A stretch of DNA of 64,000 nucleotides from a virus, in IMG/VR virus record IMGVR_UViG_3300045988_088152, positions 1-64,000 of that record. One strand, given 5' to 3'. The first letter of the stretch is position 1. Every line of letters starts with the position of its first letter. This document shows positions 19,358 to 28,695 of the stretch, piece after piece. The notes beneath the pieces are model-generated. The model did no database searches. It saw only the letters and a list, made by a program, of their open reading frames with translations, and was not told the DNA's origin. Made by a program: the position numbers and the translations under genes.

Positions 19358-19665
19358 TCTGCTTCTCCTAATAGAATCTTAGCAGCGGTTTCCGCATCTG
19401 TGAGTGGCAATGCCGCCCCCATTTGTTCATAACTGCCTTCTGGTTCAGTGCCTTTCAGCATATGACCTGTGAGATGAAACACCGTGTCAGCAAGTGCCTG
19501 ATATTCCTTCCCGTCCTCGTCGGTCAGCGTCACGACCATCTTCGCGCAAAATCCTTCTGCCTGATTTTCCTCGCACGGTACATAGCAGCCGTTGCCGTGC
19601 AGTCTGATGGGTACAACACTGTCCGCATACCCGGCAAATGCGCCGTCCTGCTTTACTGCATACAT
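19354..19665 (-). CDS. hypothetical protein (GC-rich island)
   Basis: ATG 19665 follows a GGAGGGA ribosome-binding site and overlaps the stop of the upstream gene. The longer 19764 start would overlap that gene by 112 nt. Confidence 0.45.
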   Translation of the reverse strand: MYAVKQDGAFAGYADSVVPIRLHGNGCYVPCEENQAEGFCAKMVVTLTDEDGKEYQALADTVFHLTGHMLKGTEPEGSYEQMGAALPLTDAETAAKILLGEAE

Positions 19666-20027
19666 GGTGTCCCTCCAAATTTCTCTTGATAGATTTTCTC
19701 CAATTGCTCTGTGCTTGCTGTTCTCAACCGATTCTTCCAGTAACCGTTTTTCTGTCCCAGCCATTTTTCATCTGTAAAGTCTTCACCACAGCCGTTTTTT
19801 GCATACCATCGATAGAGGCGCTCAAGCATTTCTTGCCGCTCTGCCCCTTCTGGTGTATTCTTCCTGAAATGCTCCCATCCGTTTTCACTCGTCACGCAGC
19901 AGATTAGTTTACCATTGAGATAGAGGAAGTTTTCATGCTCTTGCAAAATCGTACCATATGGGATATTAACCTCCCCAGAGATGGATTTTCCCTTGAATCG
20001 CTTATATGTGATATAGTCCATATTCAT
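19653..20027 (-). CDS. hypothetical protein (GC-rich island)
   Basis: ORF directly downstream of the tail-fibre gene. Confidence 0.45.
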   Translation of the reverse strand: MNMDYITYKRFKGKSISGEVNIPYGTILQEHENFLYLNGKLICCVTSENGWEHFRKNTPEGAERQEMLERLYRWYAKNGCGEDFTDEKWLGQKNGYWKNRLRTASTEQLEKIYQEKFGGTPCMQ

Positions 20028-20030
20028 ACC

Positions 20031-21377
20031 TCATACACAAAAGCCGGGTGCGAAACCAAGCGAGGCGTATGCGGCGGCACGGCTGACCGTGCCGCCAGCA
20101 TACACAATCGCGAAAAATGTGGGATAGCTGGCATACGGGGAACGAAGCCACCAATTAACGGTTGTACTTGTCGCGCTGTGATTGTATTTGACCTTGCTGT
20201 TTCCGGCGCTGTAATACGAATACTGTGACTGTTTACTGGCTTCGTTGCTATTTGCGTAAGTGGTAGACCCGAATACTTCGTATTCCGATAACAGGAAAAA
20301 GTAATCTGTCGTCGCTGTGACGTAGCTCTTCACATTGCCTATGCCATCGCCTGTGTTGTCCGTATACTTGGTAACAGACTTAATAACGGCACGGAGCTCT
20401 GCCGGAATGACCGCAATAATCGTACCGGAATAACTCGAGAGGCTCGTCCCGCAAATGTTTGTACGCATATTTGACGATGCCCAACCGCCAGAGTTTGAGT
20501 TGGTGGTATTCATGCGAAATCCACCGCCGGTATTGTTGTAATATCTGTCACATAGCGCAACGTCTATGCCGCCAGAGAGAGCAGTCTTTGCAAATTGAAA
20601 ATGGATTCTGTTTATACCCTCTAACTCTTCATTGTGGTTAAATCCAATGATAAAAGCGTAGGTTGTGTAATTAGATAGTGTCAACACTCCAACCGTACCA
20701 TTTAACGTTACTTCCTTTCGGTCGCCGATGCTCCAATAGTTCGCGCCCTGTCCTGCATCAGACACAACTTTGATAACGTCCCACTCGTTGTCGTTGAGTG
20801 TAGACGAAACAAAATAGAGTGTCAACGTGTAGGAGGTCGTACCAGACACGACATCAACAGAGCCGCTTGTGGTTTGCCCATTCTTTGTGGCAACGATTGT
20901 ATATGTACCGGTTTCCGTGACGGTGAATACAACTGTTCCAGTGCTGGTTTTTGTCTGAATTGTTGCGCCATCCTTTTGCAATGAAACAGAAGCGCCAGAA
21001 TCTACTGTAACAGTAATAGTCGCAGAGAAGAATGATAGTGACACCATATAAGTATCTGTGATAGATACTGTTTTTGTGTCAGATGTTTGTCCACCCAGCG
21101 TAGCAGATACGCTCCATATGCCAATCTCTGGTACTGCAAGCGTACAAACGCCGGTGTTGTCAGATGTTCCGGTAATTGTTTTTGAACCATTTGTTGCAGT
21201 GACCATGGCACCAGCAGATACCGTTACAATAAGTTGTGGAACTATACCAAGCGAAATTGCCTGAATCGCTGTCACAAATTCATCTGGATAAGTTAATAGC
21301 TCAGTTGTGCCGCCTTTTGTCCTAATAGCATTAGCTACTGAGATCAAATCGGTTGTATTAGTTAAATATTCAGCCAT
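20031..21377 (-). CDS. tail fibre or receptor-binding protein
   Basis: The start ATG 21377 overlaps the upstream stop (TAATG). The N-terminus reads LISVANAIRTKGG. Ig/PEGA-like repeats follow. The C-terminus reads NWWLRSP..GFAPGFCV, a lectin-like ending common in Firmicutes surface proteins. Confidence 0.55.
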   Translation of the reverse strand: MAEYLTNTTDLISVANAIRTKGGTTELLTYPDEFVTAIQAISLGIVPQLIVTVSAGAMVTATNGSKTITGTSDNTGVCTLAVPEIGIWSVSATLGGQTSDTKTVSITDTYMVSLSFFSATITVTVDSGASVSLQKDGATIQTKTSTGTVVFTVTETGTYTIVATKNGQTTSGSVDVVSGTTSYTLTLYFVSSTLNDNEWDVIKVVSDAGQGANYWSIGDRKEVTLNGTVGVLTLSNYTTYAFIIGFNHNEELEGINRIHFQFAKTALSGGIDVALCDRYYNNTGGGFRMNTTNSNSGGWASSNMRTNICGTSLSSYSGTIIAVIPAELRAVIKSVTKYTDNTGDGIGNVKSYVTATTDYFFLLSEYEVFGSTTYANSNEASKQSQYSYYSAGNSKVKYNHSATSTTVNWWLRSPYASYPTFFAIVYAGGTVSRAAAYASLGFAPGFCV

Positions 21378-22747
21378 TAAAATTTCACCCCACTTGCATC
21401 TGCTATTGCAACAGCTGTCCATACACCATTTACTACTCGTAGGAATTTTCCATTATCGGCAGTGGTTACAGCTGGCACTTCGCGAACCGTAACATCGCCC
21501 GTCTGACCGTTAACGCTAATGACCGGTGCTGATGTCAATGGTGTAATTGTTTGATTGCCAAGTGTAATCGTACCGTTCTCAATCTTAGCGTCAGTAATGC
21601 CATAACCAGCTATTGTAGTAGGCTTATCTAGTACATTATTCCATTCGACTGCATCTGCTGTACCACCGCCAGTTGCTGATAATGTGCCATTTTCAGTAAC
21701 ACTAAGCCCAGCACCTATTTTAACACCGCCAAGCTGTGTAGTAGACGCTATTGGAATATCTGTAATAAAGCCACTATCGTTATCCAATTGACTCGTTTTA
21801 CTTGGGATAATAGTAGTATCAGGTAAAGCACCAACATCACTAGCATTGAGCTGAACTGCTCCTGTTTTACTATTAACAGATGTAACAGGTGCTGTTTCTA
21901 GTTTCTTATCAAGTTGTGTTTGTACATTGCTAGTAACGCCATCAAGATAACCAAGCTCAGTTGACGTAACATTGCTTACTGCTACCTTACCAGATGAGTT
22001 AGATATCAATACTCTATCAATAGCTAGATTGTTCTCAGTAATGGTACTAGCCGCACCTACTATAACATCTTGCTTGCTAGTTAGAGCTGTTTGTAAGCTA
22101 GTTACATTCGTCTTTAATGTGCCAACATCAGTCTGTAGTCCGTCAATGTCACTTTCAGCCATAGCAATATTATCTTCATTGGTGTTGATTTGCGTCTTTA
22201 GCACATCGGTAAAATCATTGTGTGTACGAACATATGTCGTGCCATCGCCAACATCATCCTGTGTTAATACAACCACACCCGTTTTGCCATTGACTAAATC
22301 AACATTACCGCCGGCAGATATAGTTACATCACCAGTCTGTCCATTAACAGATGTGACAGGATATGGTGGTGTATTGTTTGTACCATACAACCCCAATTGA
22401 CTGGATGTTTGATTGCCTGATAAAGTCGTGCCATTGATAGATGGTCTATTTGTCAACTGATTATAATCTGTAGCACCAGTGCTACCACCGCCAGATGAAC
22501 CACCACCTGTGATAATAAATGCCTGATTCATTGAGCCATTTGGACAAAATACCCTATAGCTCTTATTTACAGTTGGTGTATTACCATAATATGCTATATT
22601 GCTATGCGTCTTACCATTGACACGTACTGAACAGGTATTATTATCCCCTACAGCTGTTATTATGGCTGTATATATCTTAACTGAATTCTTGACTGCATTT
22701 TGAGCCAAGATGTCAATAGATTGTAATAATTCTTCACTAGGTAACAT
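21377..22747 (-). CDS. tail fibre-like protein
   Basis: It has a repeated V(T/I)SVNGxTG(D/A)V motif (4 copies) plus QLGGVKIG. It is the first gene after the tape measure. Confidence 0.5.
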   Translation of the reverse strand: MLPSEELLQSIDILAQNAVKNSVKIYTAIITAVGDNNTCSVRVNGKTHSNIAYYGNTPTVNKSYRVFCPNGSMNQAFIITGGGSSGGGSTGATDYNQLTNRPSINGTTLSGNQTSSQLGLYGTNNTPPYPVTSVNGQTGDVTISAGGNVDLVNGKTGVVVLTQDDVGDGTTYVRTHNDFTDVLKTQINTNEDNIAMAESDIDGLQTDVGTLKTNVTSLQTALTSKQDVIVGAASTITENNLAIDRVLISNSSGKVAVSNVTSTELGYLDGVTSNVQTQLDKKLETAPVTSVNSKTGAVQLNASDVGALPDTTIIPSKTSQLDNDSGFITDIPIASTTQLGGVKIGAGLSVTENGTLSATGGGTADAVEWNNVLDKPTTIAGYGITDAKIENGTITLGNQTITPLTSAPVISVNGQTGDVTVREVPAVTTADNGKFLRVVNGVWTAVAIADASGVKF

Positions 22748-22767
22748 TAAATCACCTCTTTTATATA

Positions 22768-22801
22768 ATCATGGTAGCCATAATTATACAGCTACCATGA
22801 T
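22768..22801 (-). terminator. hairpin (11-bp stem) just after the tape-measure stop
   Basis: ATCATGGTAGC..12-nt loop..GCTACCATGAT. Confidence 0.4.
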
Positions 22802-22807
22802 ATTATG

Positions 22808-25800
22808 TTAACTACGTCTTGTCACATATTGTTGTGCCAATTCTCTTAGTCCGCTTACGAACGACTGAGCATCGCGCACATTTGGTAATGTAACATTGCT
22901 AATATTGAGCGTCTGTGCCCAACTCTGTGCCTTTTGAGCCAAAGATGACAACATATCCCTAGGTGTCATAGACCCCCAACGCCATAGATTATCTGTAATG
23001 CCGCTTGGCAATATACCATCGCCCTGATTCAGCACTCTTAGCTCTGGACCATTTTCACCAACTAGAGATAAGCCACTATTGGCGCTTCTTGTCCCTTTGG
23101 CATAACCACTATATCCAGCTTTATGCATCTCAGATGCTAGGTTGAGAAGATAGCCCTTAGATATATCAGATTTTGACTTATTATATAGGTCTTGAATCTC
23201 ATCCTTAGTAATAGCTCCACTAAAGATTCTATTATATAGCCGTTGATCGCCAAAATCCTCCATGTCAACAGCAGTCGCCGCATTATATTGAGCCTGTGTT
23301 AACTCTGGATTTTTCTCAGTCCACTCATCCTTTTTGTCTACATAGTTTTGTCTATGAAGTATCTCTTTATCGAACCACCATGCTTTACTACCAGACTCAT
23401 ATGCCTCTTTGTATAAATCACGATTACTAGCCCATGTATCCTGTTTGCTAACATCTGTTCCGAAATATTTTGAGGCGGCTTCATCACCATATGCCTCTCT
23501 ATATTCCTTAATCATCTGTTGCTTAGTATCTCTGAGCTGAGTCCAGTATGCTACCTCGGATTGGGACTGAGCGTTCTTTATCTTTTCGCCAAAGTCGGTA
23601 TCAACACCATAATATTTTACATTTTCTTCACGAATTTGCTTTTTTAGTTCAGCTTTGCGTTCTGCTTTTTCATCAAGAGCAGCTTGCCTTGCGGCATATG
23701 CTTTTTGGATTTGGTTAAATGCCGCGCCCGGAGACATCGCACTACCAAATAATTTAGAAAGCTCACTATCACTTAACGACTCAAAGACAGACCCACTAAT
23801 TTCGTCTTTTAAAGCATCCATCAGATACTTCCGCAACTCTGACGGATACCTTTTTATTTTTCCGCCGGTTACATCGCCATCGCCAAAATATTGACTAAAG
23901 AATGCAGAAGATTTATCGCCAAGACTACTTAAAATATCCTGCATTTGGCGTTGTTCAACATCTCGATATGTTTCTTGGTAGTCTTTCTGTGCGCTAGATA
24001 TAGCATCAGCATCTTGCATATATTGGAAACGTCCTTCACTATATACTAGCATACGGCGTTGCTTAGCTTTTTCTATAGCCTCTAGCTTTTCTTCAAGAGC
24101 TATCTTATCCTCAAGTAGCTGATTCTGACGGTCGTATTCATCTGCTACTTCTTGAGCTACTTTACCCTCAGCACTTGCATTACTAATTGCAGATTTGACT
24201 GCTGCATCATATTGATCGTTAATAGAATCACTCATTGCGTTTATCATATCGCGCGTGCGTTCTATTGAGCTAATAATACTGTTTGCATCACCACTTGCAA
24301 ATGCTTGATTAAGAGAACCGCTAATCGACGCTACCGTAGATGATACCTTGCTCTTGACAGTATCTAACATGCCACTAAGCATATCAGATAAATTGCCACA
24401 ATTCTTTTCTACATAGTCCATTATTTCATCGATGCTATATTTACCATCCGACAATAATGACATTAGTAGATTTTTTATAGTCTCGACGAAATTAGCAAAT
24501 TCAGCCTCAGCTTGTTGATACTGTTCACTTGTTTCATCAAATCCTTGTTGTTTGAGCTGAGATAGATAATCCTGATAGGATTGATATATAGTGGCTACTT
24601 CTGATAGAGTTGACTCTAGGTCAGATTTGCTAATATCTGGATCAATTAGCTTAAGACGGGTTGATTCATCAGTTAGATATTCACGCAGTTCTTCAACGGT
24701 ATTGATGGTTTTAGCTTTAACCTCTTCTTGGTCTTTTTTTGTTGAGGATGAGCCTCCGCCGCCACCTCCTCCACCTGATGGGACAAAAGAGGATATTTGT
24801 GCAAGTTGCTCTTGATATTTCTTTTGCTCTATTTGATATTTCTCTTGACCTGCTTTATAAGCATAATCCTGTAACCATTTTTTATATGCAGCTGGGTCAC
24901 TTGCTACGCTCTTTCTATACTTCTCTTGATAAGTACGTTGTAGGTTTTTAGATAACTCGGTATCACTAAGTCCAATTCCGACTCCAGCAGCAGACATCAT
25001 ACTTGATATTTGATCGGTCGTTATCAACGCTGCTTGACCAACCGCATATATCTGATCAATAAGGTTTTTGAAGTTTGTCTGAGACTGTGCTTGTTGCGTT
25101 TGAATAAACAATTGCGCCATGTTAGCCATAGAACCGTTGGTAGACAACGCATAACTAGCAGTGTTTGTAAGCTGTCCATTAGTGTCAAATAGTGATTTGA
25201 CAAAATCCTCAGTTGCCCCGGATGCTCCTGCCGTTGCCGCCTTATAATTTGTAATTATCTCATTGTATTGGTCAAACTCCGATATTAATTCTTCTGTGGT
25301 TATACCAAGTTCTTGTACATCACTAGCTACTCCACTTAAATCAGTATTTTGTACTACACTATTAAGCGTTTCCCAATTAGTGATAAAATCAAGTTGCCAC
25401 TGGTCAAGATTTTCACCATTATCTGCAAGAATTTTTAGAGCATCGTAATAATCCTTTGTTGATGCAACAAGCTCACCTACTTGCTGAGTAGCAGAATCAC
25501 TAGATGTGATAACATCTTGAGTATATTTTGACCAATTAGCCAATGACTGTCCTTGAGATTTTGCCCAATCAATCGTCTTTTGCTTTTTTTCAGTGATTGT
25601 TACACCCAATTCATTAAGAGCATTTTGAGCAATTTCAGCAGCCTCGCTCCAATTTCCAAAAGAGGATGCCTCTAAATATGCCTCATATGTTGTAGAATCT
25701 ACATACTCATGTAGAGCTTCAAACGCTGCATTGGTTGCATCTTCAACAGACTCAAATGTTCCCCTCAACGCATTTGCTTGTTCATCTGTTATAGTTAGAG

Positions 25801-27166
25801 TTTGTTGCCAAGTTGTAAGTGTTTTGTTACCAAATTCATCTGTGCTTAATCCACTTACGGTTGCGCCAGTTACTTGCTTACCACCAGTTGTAACTTTACG
25901 AGCCGCCTCAACTGTATCTGTCTGACGTAATTCAATCAGCTTTTCATAAGCTTCAATCTGCTTTTCTAACTGCTCACGTTCTGCTTGTAATTCTGCTTCG
26001 TTACCATCATATGGTATATTATTAAGCTCATCTAGCTTTTTCTTAATTTCTTCATACCCTGTCTTGGTATTTTCTAGCTCTTGGTTAGCATCGTCCATAG
26101 AAGCAACAAGATTTTCAAACTTATTGTTTTCTACGGCTTGATTTACAGCTTTAATAACTTCAACTAAAGCCGTAATAGCTGCAACTGTGCCACCAACTAT
26201 TAGAGCAATTTTGCCACTAGCAAGCATACCAAGAAATGAGTCGCCACCAACGCCTAGATTTTTAAGCTGCAACCCAACCTCAGCAATTTTACCAACCGTC
26301 TGTCCAACTATGCCAACTAGACCAGTAACACCAGTGCTTAATACACCAATTCTAGTAATAGCCGCACCAACATCATTGTTGGCAAAATTGAGCATAGCTG
26401 TACCGGCATTGATAAAGCCACTAACTAGGTCTTTAGATAATACGCGATTTGCAAAATCTTCAAATTCTGCTTTAAGAGCCTGTTGCTTTGCTTCTAGGCT
26501 CTCCATATATTTACTGTTTTCTTGTGCCGCAGAACCAACCGACTCTAAGGCTGTTTTAGTTGCGTCAGCCGCATGATCAAAGTTCTGCATCACACTGGCA
26601 AGGACTTTATATTGATTCTGCCCCGCGATAGTATCACCAAGAGCCGTTCTTTGTGCATCTGTCATAGAATCCCATTTGGGCTTCAATTCAGATAACACAT
26701 CAAATGTACTCTTTAAGCTACCATCTACATTTTCTACTGTAATACCATATTCTGCAAGAGCATCTTTATTCTTTACAATACGAGCTGCAATCGTCGATAA
26801 ACCTCTGGCAACCTGACTACTGCGCCCTTGCATGATTTCTGTACCGCTAGTTACGAGACCTATGACTTGTTCAAATGAATTACCATAAGTAGCCATACCG
26901 CTAGCAGCAATTTCCATTGCTTGTGATAGGTCATTAGTACCCACACTGAAATTGTTTGCTACTTCGTTGTATGCATCAATAACATGAGTGGCAAAACTAG
27001 CGTCCTCACCAAATGCACGAATCTGTGAAACAATAGAGGCGGCTGCATCTTCTGCTGAAACAGCCGTATCAGCTACGTTCTGATAAGAAGCAGCAACTTT
27101 TGCAAGCATAGCGGCATCTGAATCATTAAATCCACTTTTTCGGAACATAGATGCTGCCGATACCAT
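22808..27166 (-). CDS. tail tape-measure protein, C-terminal major part (TP901-type core)
   Basis: 1452 aa. It begins inside the conserved TMP core (VSAASMFRKSGF..LSQAMEIAASG..GRSSQVARGL) and contains long coiled-coil and Gly-run regions. No ribosome-binding site precedes ATG 27166. Confidence 0.8.
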   Translation of the reverse strand: MVSAASMFRKSGFNDSDAAMLAKVAASYQNVADTAVSAEDAAASIVSQIRAFGEDASFATHVIDAYNEVANNFSVGTNDLSQAMEIAASGMATYGNSFEQVIGLVTSGTEIMQGRSSQVARGLSTIAARIVKNKDALAEYGITVENVDGSLKSTFDVLSELKPKWDSMTDAQRTALGDTIAGQNQYKVLASVMQNFDHAADATKTALESVGSAAQENSKYMESLEAKQQALKAEFEDFANRVLSKDLVSGFINAGTAMLNFANNDVGAAITRIGVLSTGVTGLVGIVGQTVGKIAEVGLQLKNLGVGGDSFLGMLASGKIALIVGGTVAAITALVEVIKAVNQAVENNKFENLVASMDDANQELENTKTGYEEIKKKLDELNNIPYDGNEAELQAEREQLEKQIEAYEKLIELRQTDTVEAARKVTTGGKQVTGATVSGLSTDEFGNKTLTTWQQTLTITDEQANALRGTFESVEDATNAAFEALHEYVDSTTYEAYLEASSFGNWSEAAEIAQNALNELGVTITEKKQKTIDWAKSQGQSLANWSKYTQDVITSSDSATQQVGELVASTKDYYDALKILADNGENLDQWQLDFITNWETLNSVVQNTDLSGVASDVQELGITTEELISEFDQYNEIITNYKAATAGASGATEDFVKSLFDTNGQLTNTASYALSTNGSMANMAQLFIQTQQAQSQTNFKNLIDQIYAVGQAALITTDQISSMMSAAGVGIGLSDTELSKNLQRTYQEKYRKSVASDPAAYKKWLQDYAYKAGQEKYQIEQKKYQEQLAQISSFVPSGGGGGGGGSSSTKKDQEEVKAKTINTVEELREYLTDESTRLKLIDPDISKSDLESTLSEVATIYQSYQDYLSQLKQQGFDETSEQYQQAEAEFANFVETIKNLLMSLLSDGKYSIDEIMDYVEKNCGNLSDMLSGMLDTVKSKVSSTVASISGSLNQAFASGDANSIISSIERTRDMINAMSDSINDQYDAAVKSAISNASAEGKVAQEVADEYDRQNQLLEDKIALEEKLEAIEKAKQRRMLVYSEGRFQYMQDADAISSAQKDYQETYRDVEQRQMQDILSSLGDKSSAFFSQYFGDGDVTGGKIKRYPSELRKYLMDALKDEISGSVFESLSDSELSKLFGSAMSPGAAFNQIQKAYAARQAALDEKAERKAELKKQIREENVKYYGVDTDFGEKIKNAQSQSEVAYWTQLRDTKQQMIKEYREAYGDEAASKYFGTDVSKQDTWASNRDLYKEAYESGSKAWWFDKEILHRQNYVDKKDEWTEKNPELTQAQYNAATAVDMEDFGDQRLYNRIFSGAITKDEIQDLYNKSKSDISKGYLLNLASEMHKAGYSGYAKGTRSANSGLSLVGENGPELRVLNQGDGILPSGITDNLWRWGSMTPRDMLSSLAQKAQSWAQTLNISNVTLPNVRDAQSFVSGLRELAQQYVTRRS

Positions 27167-27192
27167 CTCTGACGGTTATAAATTATCTAATA

Positions 27193-27396
27193 TTACAATT
27201 TCCCCCAACGCCAATCATCGTCTAATCCCCATTCATTGATTCGCCGCTCTTCCTCTTTGGTACGGCTATCAATATGATAAGACGATTGATTATTTTGTTG
27301 ATTATCATGCTTTCCAAATAAACCAACTATTACACAGTATAATGTCCAGATACCAATAGCTGGAAAAATCAACATAATAAGCATTAAAGCAAACAT
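27193..27396 (-). CDS. small membrane protein encoded inside the TMP intervening sequence
   Basis: ATG 27396 lies 8 nt after AAAGGAGG. The transmembrane segment is MFALMLIMLIFPAIGIWTLYCVIVGLF, followed by a polar tail. Confidence 0.55.
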   Translation of the reverse strand: MFALMLIMLIFPAIGIWTLYCVIVGLFGKHDNQQNNQSSYHIDSRTKEEERRINEWGLDDDWRWGKL

Positions 27397-27422
27397 GATA
27401 GATACCTCCTTTAAGTATCTAT

Positions 27423-27451
27423 AACATAGCACATATTAGATAATTTGTCAA
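27423..27451 (-). promoter_or_regulatory. promoter-like element TTGACA-17-TATGTT
   Basis: Minus-strand TTGACAaattatctaatatgtgcTATGTT lies upstream of the small membrane-protein gene. Confidence 0.35.
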
Positions 27452-27742
27452 GGGGTTTTCAATCCCTTCCTGAATATTTCTTCACCCTATATGTTTGGAA
27501 GGTCGCCCTGTATATTCGATTGACACACCGCTCATCACGGCTTCGCGCCCAATCTGCCCTTTTATGATACATTATTTATCATTGATTCTTTAGGTTTTTC
27601 AACCATTGAATCATCCTTATCGTCTTTCTGCTTTCGCACTAATTCATTGTTAATAATGAATGATTTTCACACTCAGGCATATCTCATCCTCATGTTGTAG
27701 TGATAAGGCTCTTGAGGCTTTCAAGGGTTTAGGGGCTGTTCT

Positions 27743-28189
27743 CTATGCTGCTTTACCATCGCAACATACCGGCTCAGACCGATTTGGTTTACCGGTTCTT
27801 GCTACTTCTCTACCAGATTGACTTAGCTTTGCAACGTATTTATCAAGTGCTGTACCCTGTAAATCACTGACCTTCTTGAAGTCGGTCATAGCATCATCAA
27901 GATTCTTGACTTGTTCATACATACTGCTCAAAGCACCCGTTGCTAAATCAAGAACTTGTCTAAATTGCTGATAGGTAACAGCAATATTTTCTGTTTCTGT
28001 ATTAAGATTCTCAGTAGATTGAGTTACACCATCTAGCTCTTTTTTGGTTCTCTCTGCACCATCTGCTGTAACGCTAATCTTTAACTTAGTATCCTTATTA
28101 TTTTGTATTTCTTTGAGTTGTTTCTTTATACTCTCTTCCTGTAGTTGAACATCAACCAGAATCGAGTAGTTAGAGTTACTTCCAGCCAT
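27743..28189 (-). CDS. tail tape-measure protein, N-terminal part
   Basis: ..LDDAMTDFKKVSDLQGTALDKYVAKLSQSGREVARTGKPNRSE.. is the N-terminal flank of the TP901-type core. The ORF then runs 9 codons further into the intervening sequence and stops at TAG. Confidence 0.65.
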   Translation of the reverse strand: MAGSNSNYSILVDVQLQEESIKKQLKEIQNNKDTKLKISVTADGAERTKKELDGVTQSTENLNTETENIAVTYQQFRQVLDLATGALSSMYEQVKNLDDAMTDFKKVSDLQGTALDKYVAKLSQSGREVARTGKPNRSEPVCCDGKAA

Positions 28190-28192
28190 TCA

Positions 28193-28693
28193 TCACACTC
28201 CCTTTTTTATTTGTGAGTAGGCTATGAGGATTCCTTCTGCGCAATCATCCTCATTCTTTTTGCTACTTGGGGCAACCCATGCCAAATCGAGGCTAAATTC
28301 TTCATTCGCCATCTCTATGGCTTTTTTCTTCAGAACATCTCTTTGCAATCCAGCTCTAGTGCCGTCAAAGAGATTAAGGTCGCCACGCCATTTACTTGGC
28401 ATCAAGAAGCATGGCTTTATCTTGAAGCCAGCACATAATGCTAATATCACGCCTTGTACTGCACCTAATTTCTCTATAGTAGACGCACCTTTTTTTAATG
28501 GCACTTCCTCTGCATAGAGAATTGTCGGCTTATACTGTCTAAATATGCTCGATAATTCCATAGTAAGCCCCATTACTCTATCATGCCAATCATCGCCCTT
28601 TGGTTTAATTGTGCCATATGCAATAAGTCGCCCATTATCAAATATAGACCATCCAGTAGATGACGTACTAGCATCTAATCCTGCTATAATCAT
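28193..28693 (-). CDS. ruvC: RuvC-family Holliday-junction resolvase
   Basis: MIIAGLDASTSSTGWSIF.., ..ILYAEEVP.. and ..DDCAEGILIAY match the RuvC catalytic D/E/D/D layout. Confidence 0.7.
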   Translation of the reverse strand: MIIAGLDASTSSTGWSIFDNGRLIAYGTIKPKGDDWHDRVMGLTMELSSIFRQYKPTILYAEEVPLKKGASTIEKLGAVQGVILALCAGFKIKPCFLMPSKWRGDLNLFDGTRAGLQRDVLKKKAIEMANEEFSLDLAWVAPSSKKNEDDCAEGILIAYSQIKKGV

Positions 28694-28695
28694 AT

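Larger units (their letters stand above)
27167..27742 (-). other. intervening sequence splitting the tape-measure gene
   Basis: It separates the TMP N-terminal ORF from the C-terminal ORF. It contains many hairpins, a promoter-like element and a small membrane-protein gene. Confidence 0.6.

Noticed and set aside
20031-20200. Possible diversity-generating retroelement variable region in the lectin-like C-terminus of the fibre protein (NWWLRSP..GFAPGFCV).
   Set aside because: No ORF in the window has a reverse-transcriptase motif (YxDD-type), and I could not find a near-identical template repeat of this segment. The ending is also typical of non-DGR surface proteins.
22808-27166. Antisense ORFs inside the tape-measure gene (for example 26187-26576, 23655-23894, 24591-24815). 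Similar antisense ORFs lie inside other large genes (10312-10617, 10690-11136, 11183-11695, 12317-12835, 21972-22400, 45359-45682).
   Set aside because: They lie opposite long, well-supported genes, lack ribosome-binding sites and have low-complexity, Ser/Pro/Leu-biased translations typical of the antisense frames of coding DNA.
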